DNA of 64,000 nucleotides from a virus, in the IMG/VR virus record IMGVR_UViG_3300023199_000021, positions 1 to 64,000 of that record; one strand, given 5' to 3'. The position numbers were made by a program, and so were the translations under genes. This document shows positions 28,146 to 36,992 of this stretch, piece after piece (position 1 is the first letter of the stretch; each line of letters opens with the position of its first letter). The notes beneath the pieces are model-generated. The model did no database searches and was not told the DNA's origin. It was given only the letters and a program-made list of their open reading frames with translations.

Positions 28146-28927
28146 CAATGGCAATACGCTAACTCCCTTTCGCGGAAGATGCGTCTAAGAGTTTTCTTGG
28201 TCTTGCGTATACTTTCTGATACTTCATCCAGTGTACAACTTACTTCCTGAGCGACTAGACGAGTCTTGTTGTTTCGGTTCAGGAAGTCAATCCAAGTAAG
28301 AAAGATTTTTCTATCCTTCTCGCTCTCGACACATTCTTCAAGCAAAGAAATTAGGTCTGCCAAACATCCTTTGATGTTAGTATCTCCACTTGTCTCGTGT
28401 TCGTCCTTGTTATGAAGACGTGGATTAAGTAGAGAAAGATCAACTCTCTTGCCACTCATGATACGCAGAAGCAATTTGATACGCTTGTCGGTCAGACCGG
28501 TCGCCTCTTTAATTTCTTCTGGCTCAGTGACCCCTGAGGTTTTAATCTTGTTGATATCCTCAGCCGCTTGGCGAGTCATATCGTACTTGCTCTTAATATT
28601 GTAACGGTTATCCTTGATCATATCAATCAAAGCGTTACGAATATAGTAGGTTGCTACTGTGGTAATAGAAGCCTTGCTAATGTCCCAGTTGTCAACTGCT
28701 CGAATAAGAGCCATGTTTCCATGTTGGATCATATCCTCAATATCAACATGCTTATTGTTGTTTTGGAACTTCTTCGCAAGGTCATATACCAGAGGCAGGC
28801 AGGAGTAAATTACTTGACTGCGGGCGTTCTCGTCGCCCTCTTGAATCGCTGTGTAGAGAACAGCTTGATCTGCTTTTGACATTGGGCTGTACACTGATCT
28901 AATGTCGTCTTTGTATTGGGTGTTCAT
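28145..28927 (-). CDS. Sigma-70 family RNA polymerase sigma factor
   Basis: GDENAR...LPLVYDLAKK...EDMIQHGNMALIRAVDNWD...TVATYYIR (region 2). Confidence 0.9.
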   Translation of the reverse strand: MNTQYKDDIRSVYSPMSKADQAVLYTAIQEGDENARSQVIYSCLPLVYDLAKKFQNNNKHVDIEDMIQHGNMALIRAVDNWDISKASITTVATYYIRNALIDMIKDNRYNIKSKYDMTRQAAEDINKIKTSGVTEPEEIKEATGLTDKRIKLLLRIMSGKRVDLSLLNPRLHNKDEHETSGDTNIKGCLADLISLLEECVESEKDRKIFLTWIDFLNRNNKTRLVAQEVSCTLDEVSESIRKTKKTLRRIFRERELAYCH

Positions 28928-28993
28928 TCTGTTTCCTTATAAAGACTAAATGGGATTTTATAAGTGCTGTAACTTCAATGATACTCTACTGTT

Positions 28994-29458
28994 TCACAAT
29001 CTCTGGCACAAAAACTGAGAAAGTTCACTTTCAGTATTATACCCTCTTGATCGGAGTTTGTCAAGTGCTTTTTTCTCGGATTGTGCTTCGATTATTTCTT
29101 TTGGATTTTTTGCTACCTTACCGTTCTTGAATTGTTTAAAAAAGCCATATCTTTTAGATCGGCCTTTCGGAGTCAGAACTTTAAGGTCTTTCAAAGTTTC
29201 GTTAAAAAACTTCACCTGCTGAACCACAGGAGCGTCGTCTGACCACAGTTCAATGTCATGGGCGAGCCTGATGCCAGCCTTGGTAGCGAAGTGCCGTGAG
29301 AAGGCAACCTCGGCCCTTGTATTCTCCCCAAAGAACTCGGTCATCCAGCCTCGAATATCCTGCTTGTTGCCCAATCTAGCTTGGCCGCGACAAACATCGC
29401 TGGAACGTAGTTCACGAGCCTTGTCACCCCATGTTATTGGGGTCTTAGTCTTGCTCAT
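28994..29458 (-). CDS. Hypothetical protein
   Basis: 154-aa ORF in operon. Confidence 0.65.
   Translation of the reverse strand: MSKTKTPITWGDKARELRSSDVCRGQARLGNKQDIRGWMTEFFGENTRAEVAFSRHFATKAGIRLAHDIELWSDDAPVVQQVKFFNETLKDLKVLTPKGRSKRYGFFKQFKNGKVAKNPKEIIEAQSEKKALDKLRSRGYNTESELSQFLCQRL
29036..29064 (-). promoter_or_regulatory. Sigma70-type promoter for the sigma gene
   Basis: TTGACA-17 nt (CCGAT)-TATAAT. Confidence 0.75.
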
Positions 29459-29937
29459 ATCTTCTCTAGGTCTCCTACTGGATAGGCAACGATGTCAGTA
29501 GTAGGAACTTCTCTCTTGTAAAGTTCTTCCATTGTTTTTGCGGAAGGCTTATCGTCTTCGTCAGTAAACGTAGAACTAAATTCTTCAAACGACATATTTC
29601 TTTGTGGTTGGCCGAACTTGACATAAGCAATAGGTTCCCACATCCATTTTGGATATAGGTCTGACCATCGCTTATACATCATCATGTGTCGATCACGCCT
29701 ATGAGCGACGATAAAAAGACAGTCATCAGGGGTAAGATCATCATATTCAGATTCATCAACGTGATCTTTTACTTTCCAAATAATTTGTCCCTGATGCATT
29801 TCAACAAACAGTGGGCCGGTAAGAATACCTATGACTTCGCCCATAGAAGGCAGGCCCATTTTCTTAGAAATTACAGAGTCCCCAATACCGAACTCTGTTT
29901 CTTTGACGATTAGTTCGTCCAACTTTTCTTTGTCCAT
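29455..29937 (-). CDS. Hypothetical protein
   Basis: 160-aa ORF in operon. Confidence 0.65.
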   Translation of the reverse strand: MDKEKLDELIVKETEFGIGDSVISKKMGLPSMGEVIGILTGPLFVEMHQGQIIWKVKDHVDESEYDDLTPDDCLFIVAHRRDRHMMMYKRWSDLYPKWMWEPIAYVKFGQPQRNMSFEEFSSTFTDEDDKPSAKTMEELYKREVPTTDIVAYPVGDLEKI

Positions 29938-30311
29938 TAAACACCATCCCTTTCTGGTGACATACGTTTAGGTTTGATTCCCACTAAAGCAATTATACTC
30001 TCCAACCTTCGCCAAAAGTTTATTCTTTCCAGAACTGCATTGGTAAAATTTGTGAGGGTACAATAGTACTTGTCGTGTGGAGGTTTGTGATGCTTAGCGT
30101 GCTGTTGTGCGGATTGCACAATGCCTGCGTCCTGTAGAAACCTGATCACAAAGTTATTGTTTTTTCTGTGATTCCATGTATGTACCTCGTTCCCTAGTGA
30201 GGCTAATATCGCCGTAAGGAACAGGGGCCATAGCCAACCATAAATAAGGGTAACAATTACCACTAAAATTAAAGCAGGAACTACCGGCTGAGTGCCTAAC
30301 CAATACAGCAT
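29937..30311 (-). pseudogene. CarF/TMEM189-family lipid desaturase, 5' truncated
   Basis: NEVHTWNH and QQHAKHHKPPHDKYYC His boxes, N..LE...FWRRLE; first His box missing. Confidence 0.75.
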
Positions 30312-30580
30312 CGCGATATAAAAAGTTACCCTGCGGGAATCAAACCCACTTACACTTCACACTCTTACGCCTTGCATTTCGAACTACTTAGCTTATTGAG
30401 TCTAGCTAATCGTGTACGCCGCCAAGGTTCTAGAGTAATCGTGTACCGGCGAACTTGCTTTCTTGGTTAGTGCCTTCATTCCAGCAACAGGCTTAGGTGA
30501 AGGCTCAAGCATCGCGGCCTGTGTCGGGATGCTCATGGAATTAAACTAACTACCAGCATTTTACAAAAAGCAAGTTCAAG

Positions 30581-30656
30581 TGACCCATATCGGAATCGAA
30601 CCGATGAACCCCACCTTGAGAGGGGGGCGATAATAACCAGCATCATCTAATGGGTC
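30581..30656 (-). tRNA. tRNA-Glu(CTC)
   Basis: GACCCAT/ATGGGTC acceptor, loop CTCTCAA. Confidence 0.85.
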
Positions 30657-30743
30657 ATATATTTGTGGAAGATAACTTTATCTTCCTGTTTTTTTGTGAT
30701 TGATCTGGTTATTTGGTGTATAACTAGATGGATCACATTTAAG

Positions 30744-30815
30744 GGTGATATAGCGGAATTGAACCGCTTCCTTCTGCTTCACAGGCAGAAATGCAACCTT
30801 CACACTCATATCACC
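30744..30815 (-). tRNA. tRNA-His(GTG)
   Basis: G-1 present; anticodon arm TCTGC-CTGTGAA-GCAGA. Confidence 0.9.
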
Positions 30816-30829
30816 ATATTGGAGTTATC

Positions 30830-31372
30830 ATGCCAAGAACAATGATCGAATTGACCTGTTGCTTTTGTGGCAAATCTTTTGAAAAAGAATTAAGGTATCA
30901 CAAGAGGAATCAAAAAAAGGGCATTACTACTACTTTTTGTTCACGATCCTGCTCGTCAAAATATACTCAATCAAAAAACCCTGAATTAATGCACAACCTT
31001 GTCATGGGGTCTGAAATCGACGAGCTATCTCCATTTAGGAAATACTGGTCTAGTGTTCGTCGCCGCTGTAAAAATAAGGATTTAGTATTGTCGATTGATA
31101 TTCTCGATTTAAAGAATCAGTGGGAGAAGCAAGAGGGACTTTGTGCCCTGTCCAATCTACCTATAATACTTCCTCAGTCAAGTTCTTCTCATTCTAATAC
31201 TAACGATCCTTATCTCGCCAGCCTTGATCGTATTGATCCCGATAAAGGTTATGAACCAGATAACATTCAGTGGGTTTGCTTAATAGGTCAGTATTGCAAA
31301 AATGTATACTCTATGGAAGATGTAATACGATTTTGTAATGCTGTAAGCAAAAGAGCCGATGGATGGGTTTGA
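30830..31372 (+). CDS. Zn-finger/HNH-like homing endonuclease
   Basis: C..CGK.F, FCSRSC, Q.GLCALS, ASLDRIDPDKGY..DNIQWVC; GGAG RBS. Confidence 0.85.
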   Translation: MPRTMIELTCCFCGKSFEKELRYHKRNQKKGITTTFCSRSCSSKYTQSKNPELMHNLVMGSEIDELSPFRKYWSSVRRRCKNKDLVLSIDILDLKNQWEKQEGLCALSNLPIILPQSSSSHSNTNDPYLASLDRIDPDKGYEPDNIQWVCLIGQYCKNVYSMEDVIRFCNAVSKRADGWV

Positions 31373-31426
31373 ACCACCAAACACTGTCGTGTTTCATACA
31401 GCCGCTTTCCGTTAGCGTATATCGGC
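31354..31426 (-). tRNA. tRNA-Phe(GAA)-like with a 10-nt anticodon loop (possibly pseudo)
   Basis: GCTGT-ATGAAACACG-ACAGT; acceptor GCCGATA/CATCGGC. Confidence 0.55.
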
Positions 31427-31433
31427 ACTCAAG

Positions 31434-31514
31434 CCCCGCAGATTGGATTCGAACCAATTTCTTCCTACCTAGTGGTACCGTCCGTACTCGCGAGAATAAC
31501 GGACTGACTGCGAG
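31434..31514 (-). ncRNA. Non-canonical tRNA-like RNA
   Basis: Acceptor CTCGCAG/CTGCGGG and perfect T-arm; no canonical D or anticodon arm. Confidence 0.6.
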
Positions 31515-31628
31515 ATAAAAAAGTGGTCTGAGACTATGACTCAACTTATAAGTGTCTTTACGCCGATTACTCGACGCTATTCTTGAAGGACATTATGCTG
31601 CCCTATGTATCGTATTGTCAAAGATCAA

Positions 31629-31965
31629 TTAAAGCGGACCTATATCTATGAGGTAATGTCTTCGTTCCATCAGGAACAATTCGGCCAGCTTGTATTTGTT
31701 TATCATCCCTCTATGTTTTTTAGCATCTAGAGACGATAGGTTGTGTCTTAAGTCTGCCAGTTTAACTTCGATTGCAATGTCGTTGCTGTATTGATGATAT
31801 TCCTCACTCTCTCGGTGAGTCAGAGCGTCCAATGCCCTTACGATCCTGTCTCCGAACCCATGATTCTCTATGTCTTGTAGAGTAACATCGGTATCTTCAA
31901 CAACGTCATGTAAAAGAGCGACGATCTTTTCTTCTGGTGTTGTTACCAGTGTCGTCCTCTTTCAT
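31629..31965 (-). pseudogene. HD-domain (SpoT/Mesh1-like) hydrolase remnant
   Basis: ALLHDVVEDT...ALTH...VKLADLRHN; N-terminus deleted or out of frame. Confidence 0.75.
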
Positions 31966-32180
31966 ACTCCTATATTATACTTTACTTTTTCTCTTTGTCA
32001 AGATCTTCCTCGATTTTTATCTTGATTTTCAGAGGAAGTTCGCCGGCTTGACCCCGTAGGATTTCTCCTAACTTGTAGGTGGCATTATCTTCTACAACAA
32101 AAACAATCTCAACGCCATCTTTAATCTCAGCGATTAAATCTTTCAGTTTAAATAAATCCATAGGATTCTCTCTTGTGTCG

Positions 32181-32268
32181 TCGAGTTGGAAGGACTCGAA
32201 CCTACGCGAGCCTGACCTCACCTGCCCTTTGACCGTCAGTTCAGGATATCAGGTCGCACAGCAACTTG
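32181..32268 (-). ncRNA. Non-canonical tRNA-like RNA
   Basis: Acceptor CAAGTTG/CAACTCG, T-arm with TTCGAGT loop, long helix GCGA-CCTGAT/GTCAGG-C-TCGC. Confidence 0.55.
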
Positions 32269-32591
32269 TTATTAAGCTTATTTATTACTCGGTCTGAATA
32301 AACAGGGGTTGCTCCCCTTAGCTTATATTCTCTTTGATTTCTGCTGTAGCACGAACTTCTGTGATACAACTTGCTAGTTCACCTTCTGGACCGTCAAAGA
32401 ACTCTTGCTTGACGTATACTTGTCCCAAACTAACACGTTCATCAGCTTCCTCTTGTGTCATACCTTCGTGTTTAACAAAGTGTTGCTTGGCCTGTTCTCT
32501 TACTGCCATTTCCCACAGTCGATCCAAGGCCCATAAGAACCAAAACAAAAGGCGATGCGACCTTTTTCTGAGGCTTGTACGAACCTCATAG

Positions 32592-32664
32592 CGACCCATA
32601 CAGGAGTCGAACCCGTAATCTCCGCCGTGACAAGGCGGCATGTTTCCATCAACACCTATGGGCC
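32592..32664 (-). tRNA. tRNA-Asp(GTC)
   Basis: GGCCCAT/ATGGGTC, G73, anticodon arm CCGCC-TTGTCAC-GGCGG. Confidence 0.92.
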
Positions 32665-32879
32665 TTAAAAGCTACGTATTGCCTGACGTAGCACAGGTAT
32701 AACTATAGCTTTTCTTTTATCGTCTGTCAGTTGCCCTCTGTTACGAAACCACTTCAACTCCCGTTGGATATCCCGTCTAGTAGGGAGTGTTTAAGCTATT
32801 CATAACTTGGATTAACTAGTATGTTTACAACCGCAGCAAACAGACTATCTAGGTGCCACCCTAGCATTCACGGCATGTT

Positions 32880-33353
32880 TCAATTATACTCTGGGTAGTG
32901 TATCTCGGCATGGCAATTTTTACATACCAGATCGCATTTTCCCACTACTTCATTCAGGTATACTTTTAACGATCTGTGTCTTAGTTTCTTGAAGTCTGGG
33001 TCTTTTTGCTTGGAGTCTCTATGATGAAAGTCTAATGCAGCAAGGTTTTTATTATATCCACACTTACAGCATTTGCCACCAAGTTGTTCGACCGCAATTT
33101 TCTTTTTCTTTAAGTACCGATCTTTTTCGTCTGTCGTTCGACACTTACGGCAGGCAGTATATCTCCCGCTTGCAAATCTCTTTTTGTCTTTGGTTCCACA
33201 GTAGGAGCAGCAATACTTCCTGTCGGGCTTTTTAAGTTCATACTTATTTGCCCAATACCGAACGGTTGTTAAACTGCATCCTAGTATTTCTGCTATCGAC
33301 CTATAGCTTTTGCCCTGTTTCACCAGTTGTGTTAGCTGTTTCTTCTCTATCAT
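32880..33353 (-). CDS. HTH-HNH homing endonuclease
   Basis: N-terminal HTH; GGKCCKCGY...LDFHH...LVCKNCHAEIH. Confidence 0.88.
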   Translation of the reverse strand: MIEKKQLTQLVKQGKSYRSIAEILGCSLTTVRYWANKYELKKPDRKYCCSYCGTKDKKRFASGRYTACRKCRTTDEKDRYLKKKKIAVEQLGGKCCKCGYNKNLAALDFHHRDSKQKDPDFKKLRHRSLKVYLNEVVGKCDLVCKNCHAEIHYPEYN

Positions 33354-33420
33354 TGGTATATACCTCCATAATAGTATACACCATTCTAGCTCAACTTGTA
33401 CACAAAAAATTGTGCAAAAG

Positions 33421-33496
33421 TCGGGGTGACTGGATTCGAACCAGCGTGCCCCTGCTCCCAAAGCAGGTCGGATCACCAAGCTCCCGACACACCCCG
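33421..33496 (-). tRNA. tRNA-Pro(TGG)
   Basis: CGGGGTG/CACCCCG, anticodon arm CCTGC-TTTGGGA-GCAGG. Confidence 0.92.
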
Positions 33497-33789
33497 TAAA
33501 TCACTGTTAATTACTCCAACTTTTGAAGAAAGGAATGACTCGAAACAATCCAGCCTTATCTCTCATCTGTATCCCTATTATACCCTAAAAGTTCTCATTG
33601 TCAAGAGTTTCTTGAGGATTTTCTGGGATTTTTTCTTCTCCTGTTCCGCATTCCTCGATAAATTGAAGCAGATCACCAAGGCGACTGTTGATCACCCAAC
33701 GTTCTTCACCAAATTCAGTATCATTCATGATACCTTCAATTTCGTTCTTCACGTACTGTCGTTCTACTTCATTCATATTACTCTCCAAG

Positions 33790-33861
33790 TGGGGGTAGAA
33801 GGATTCGAACCCTCAATAACTGCTTAGAAGGCAGTTGTGATTTCCCTTTCACCATACCCCC
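33790..33861 (-). tRNA. tRNA-Arg(TCT)
   Basis: GGGGGTA/TACCCCC, anticodon arm ACTGC-CTTCTAA-GCAGT. Confidence 0.92.
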
Positions 33862-34253
33862 ATACTAACCTGTAGCTTGCGGTGTTTGTATCTCAGATAC
33901 AATAATGCCCTTTTCCAAAAAGTCCGATACAATTTGTCGTCGCATATTTTCCTGAGTAGGTTTTAGTTCGTATTTCTTTTCGAACTTAGCCCCATTTATA
34001 TTGACGGTTTTATTGACCGGTGTAGCGGTTTCTTCTTTCTTTCCGACTATGCGGAACTGATACATCGCCATTTATATTCCCAAAAAAAGTTGCTACGAGG
34101 TTATTATACACCCGTTAAGATGTTTTTTGCTTCATTTGCGGGACTTTTCCGTATACCAACTCAATTTTCTCTTTCAGAAAATCAGCAAGAACCAATCCAA
34201 AAAGAAGGGGGTTGTTACACTCCTATTATACCATACACTTCGGGGTTGTCAAG

Positions 34254-34508
34254 TTATTTTTTCAAAGCGGATTCCAAATCTCGCTTGATTGTTTCTCCTG
34301 ACTTTTTAAGTTCATCGACCTCGCCTTTGATCAAAGCAGCTTCCTTCTCTACCTCTTGCATACCAGCCTTAAAGGATGGCAACACCTTACCGGCATTACG
34401 AGCCAGCTTGGGCAGGGCACTTGCTCCGAACAACAGAACAACGATACCTGCGATGATCAACATTTCCGGTACTCCCGGCATAGCAAATGCTAAAAGACTT
34501 ACATTCAT
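34254..34508 (-). CDS. tatA: Twin-arginine translocase TatA/E subunit
   Basis: PG.PEMLII....LLFG...LPKLAR..GK....FK.G. Confidence 0.9.
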   Translation of the reverse strand: MNVSLLAFAMPGVPEMLIIAGIVVLLFGASALPKLARNAGKVLPSFKAGMQEVEKEAALIKGEVDELKKSGETIKRDLESALKK

Positions 34509-34836
34509 ACCTTTTCTTCTAGAAAATCAAATAGTTGTTGTTTCCATTGGTTACGACTTTCAACATGAAGTCTTTCAGTCTAACATGGCCCTCAGTCGGA
34601 GGTTCCCAATCTTGAACCTTATCAATCATACTTTGGTATCGAGCCTTTTGCTCTTTCTTTTCCATCAAAGATTTTTCTGCCTCGGCACGCACACGTCCTC
34701 TTTCTGCAAAGAAATCTTCTAGCAGTTGATCACGACTCTTGACTTTGATTGATATATTTCGTCTCGTAATGTACGTTCGCCAGTGATAGGGATATGGACA
34801 TTCTGCCAATCACGCCCCCTGCGGCTTCGCTCATTT

Positions 34837-35736
34837 TTAGTCCCTCAGCCATACATCACTTAGTTCGTCACGCATAAACTTCCTAATAGGTTCTGCGTCG
34901 GCAGAAGTACGTAACGAGTGTCTTAGTTGTTCTTGCTTATCCCACTTAAGTTCGTCCAAGTCTTTACCTGTAAAGTAAACCTTGTGTGCCATGTTTAGCA
35001 TCATTTTAACGAACTCTTTAAACTGGACCTGAGTGTTCCAGTAGTTACTATCTTTGTCTTTGATAGCCATACACAATGCGGTACAGTATATGGAGAACTC
35101 CATTACACCACTCACCCCATCTGACCATTCCCCGTTATGCCTTCCCTTTTTGATATCCTGTACGTCTACCAATCCACCTGCGATGTAAGCTACCCATTCG
35201 TCTACCAGATACAAAGGTCGGTCATCCCATGCTGTTTGGCCTATCACATATGTCTTGTATCTATTCCACCTTAGACTTTGTGGTACGTATGGTGCCACTT
35301 CTCGTTTACGCATGTTGGGTTCTTTTACGTAAAAAACACACCCAGTCGGCACGTAGAAGGCATTTAGTTTCTCTGTATATCCAATCTCTTTTTGCTTGGC
35401 GTTTCTTAAATCAGAGTTCAAAAAATGGACTGACTCATGTGCGTTGGTGCCTCGATTATATTCTAGAACAGGGTCTTTAACTCTGTTGATAATCTCAGCA
35501 TACTCACTGTCCTCGTTCAGTCTTTGCTTATAGATTGGAATACCAATCAAGTCTACACTTGGGTCGGGTTCCGGTTGTGGTTCCGGTTCAGGTGTGGGGT
35601 CCTGCTCTACTGGTTCTTGTGCTGCTGCCGCAACTACGGCTTCGGCAACTTTGTTACTATTCTTGTATTTGCTGCTACAACAACTTATAATGAATATTCC
35701 AGCTAGAACTAAACCTACTAAATTTTTATTGAACAT
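34837..35736 (-). CDS. Lipoprotein with a zinc-metallopeptidase-like HExxH motif
   Basis: Lipobox-like IISC, PEPE linker, HESVH, downstream DEWVAY. Confidence 0.7.
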   Translation of the reverse strand: MFNKNLVGLVLAGIFIISCCSSKYKNSNKVAEAVVAAAAQEPVEQDPTPEPEPQPEPDPSVDLIGIPIYKQRLNEDSEYAEIINRVKDPVLEYNRGTNAHESVHFLNSDLRNAKQKEIGYTEKLNAFYVPTGCVFYVKEPNMRKREVAPYVPQSLRWNRYKTYVIGQTAWDDRPLYLVDEWVAYIAGGLVDVQDIKKGRHNGEWSDGVSGVMEFSIYCTALCMAIKDKDSNYWNTQVQFKEFVKMMLNMAHKVYFTGKDLDELKWDKQEQLRHSLRTSADAEPIRKFMRDELSDVWLRD

Positions 35737-35837
35737 AGCTATAACCTTTCGTGTAAACGTTAACTTAGCCCGAAAGGCTATACACCAAAAGTGCAGCTAC
35801 GGAAAGTCGAACTCCGGCCACCTGCATGGCAAGCAGG
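35601..35837. repeat. Direct repeat, copy 2, including the 3' half of tRNA-Gly(GCC)
   Basis: Identical to 1-237; tRNA broken at the 5' side of the anticodon stem. Confidence 0.95.
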
Positions 35838-35959
35838 GAGGTTCCGGCTCAGGTGCCGGTTTACTTTTCTTGAATTTCCAATAACTATATGCAAGTACTG
35901 CTACGATTAGTGCGATACCAAAATACTGTTACCAGTCCATATAAACTCCGGTGCTGTGA

Positions 35960-36210
35960 GCCACACTTAACCCCAAGTCTCACATTCCATATCATACCCA
36001 CCGGGAGCAGGATGGTTGCTATAGGGTACTTCACTGTACTCTTTCGGCAACGGCGAATGCAGTCGGTTTGGACTCACGATCATTAAAGTAATTGATACTA
36101 CCCTCTGGATCGCCAGTGTTGGGTTTACGCTGAGTAGAAACTTTGATAAACGAAGTTACTTGATCAGCAGGTCCAACAACAGACAAACGGTTTACACAAT
36201 GATTAGGCAT
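35960..36210 (-). pseudogene. DUF1281/YubB-like remnant
   Basis: MPNHCVNRL start and a GYDMECETWG motif in a different frame. Confidence 0.55.
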
Positions 36211-36390
36211 ACTTGCTCCAATTACTCGAATGCTTGATCTTGAGTAAAGCCTGCGAGTTGATACTGCTTCATTACTTTACGCATGACTTGGCCCTGATTA
36301 TGTACAGACTCCATCATAGGCTTGCTGTTAAGCAGATGATCGTAAACAGAGGCAGCTTGACCAGCAGCATTGTCAATAGCGTCAAAAGCA

Positions 36391-36830
36391 TTAGACATTT
36401 TTTTTCTCCAATTTGTATATTACGTAGCTAGAGGTTCGATTAACTACTGGCAGGTCCAGATCAACGAAAGCCTGGTAAGTACCGATAGAAGTAAAACCGT
36501 TTAAATTCTTTTTGTCGTTTCTTACAGAAATGTAAGCAACACCATCCCATTCCAGCAATGCCAGAATGTTGTCAATGACACCAAGACCACTCATGCTGTG
36601 GCAAAACATTCAGTACAAAGTTGCACATGATAGTTTCGTATTGCAAGTTTCTCAAAGGTTGATCGCGATAATAAGGATCATATCCTTCGATGCACAGTTC
36701 GTCACAGTCAAAGTCCTTGCCGCAACCGTAATCTAGACAGCGACCTTGCAACAGATCATTCTCTGACAGATATCGGACAGGTGCCGACAGGTTCTTGCGA
36801 GTAATAGCGGTCTTGTGGGCGTTCTCAGTA
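36391..36830 (-). pseudogene. Methyltransferase remnant
   Basis: KTAITR..LSAP...LDYGCG...GYDPYY...FVLNV, then a frameshift. Confidence 0.7.
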
Positions 36831-36992
36831 GTTTAGCACATGTTTTGTTTTCCTAAAAAAGAAAGGTACAGAGGCTTATCACCTAAACGATTCTCAGGTC
36901 CGGTATCGCCTCGGCAGCTTTATCATAGTCTTCATTATGCTTCTCATAATAAAACTGCCAGAAGCGGTCGAACAATTCCTGTTTTGTCTCAA

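Noticed and set aside
31460-31480. CTA in a loop of the tRNA-like element as an amber suppressor anticodon
   Set aside because: The loop is 4 nt in the best fold and no 5-bp stem with a 7-nt loop can be drawn around it.
35940-36090. Nested inverted repeats suggesting an ncRNA
   Set aside because: The region translates as the frameshifted continuation of a DUF1281-like gene.
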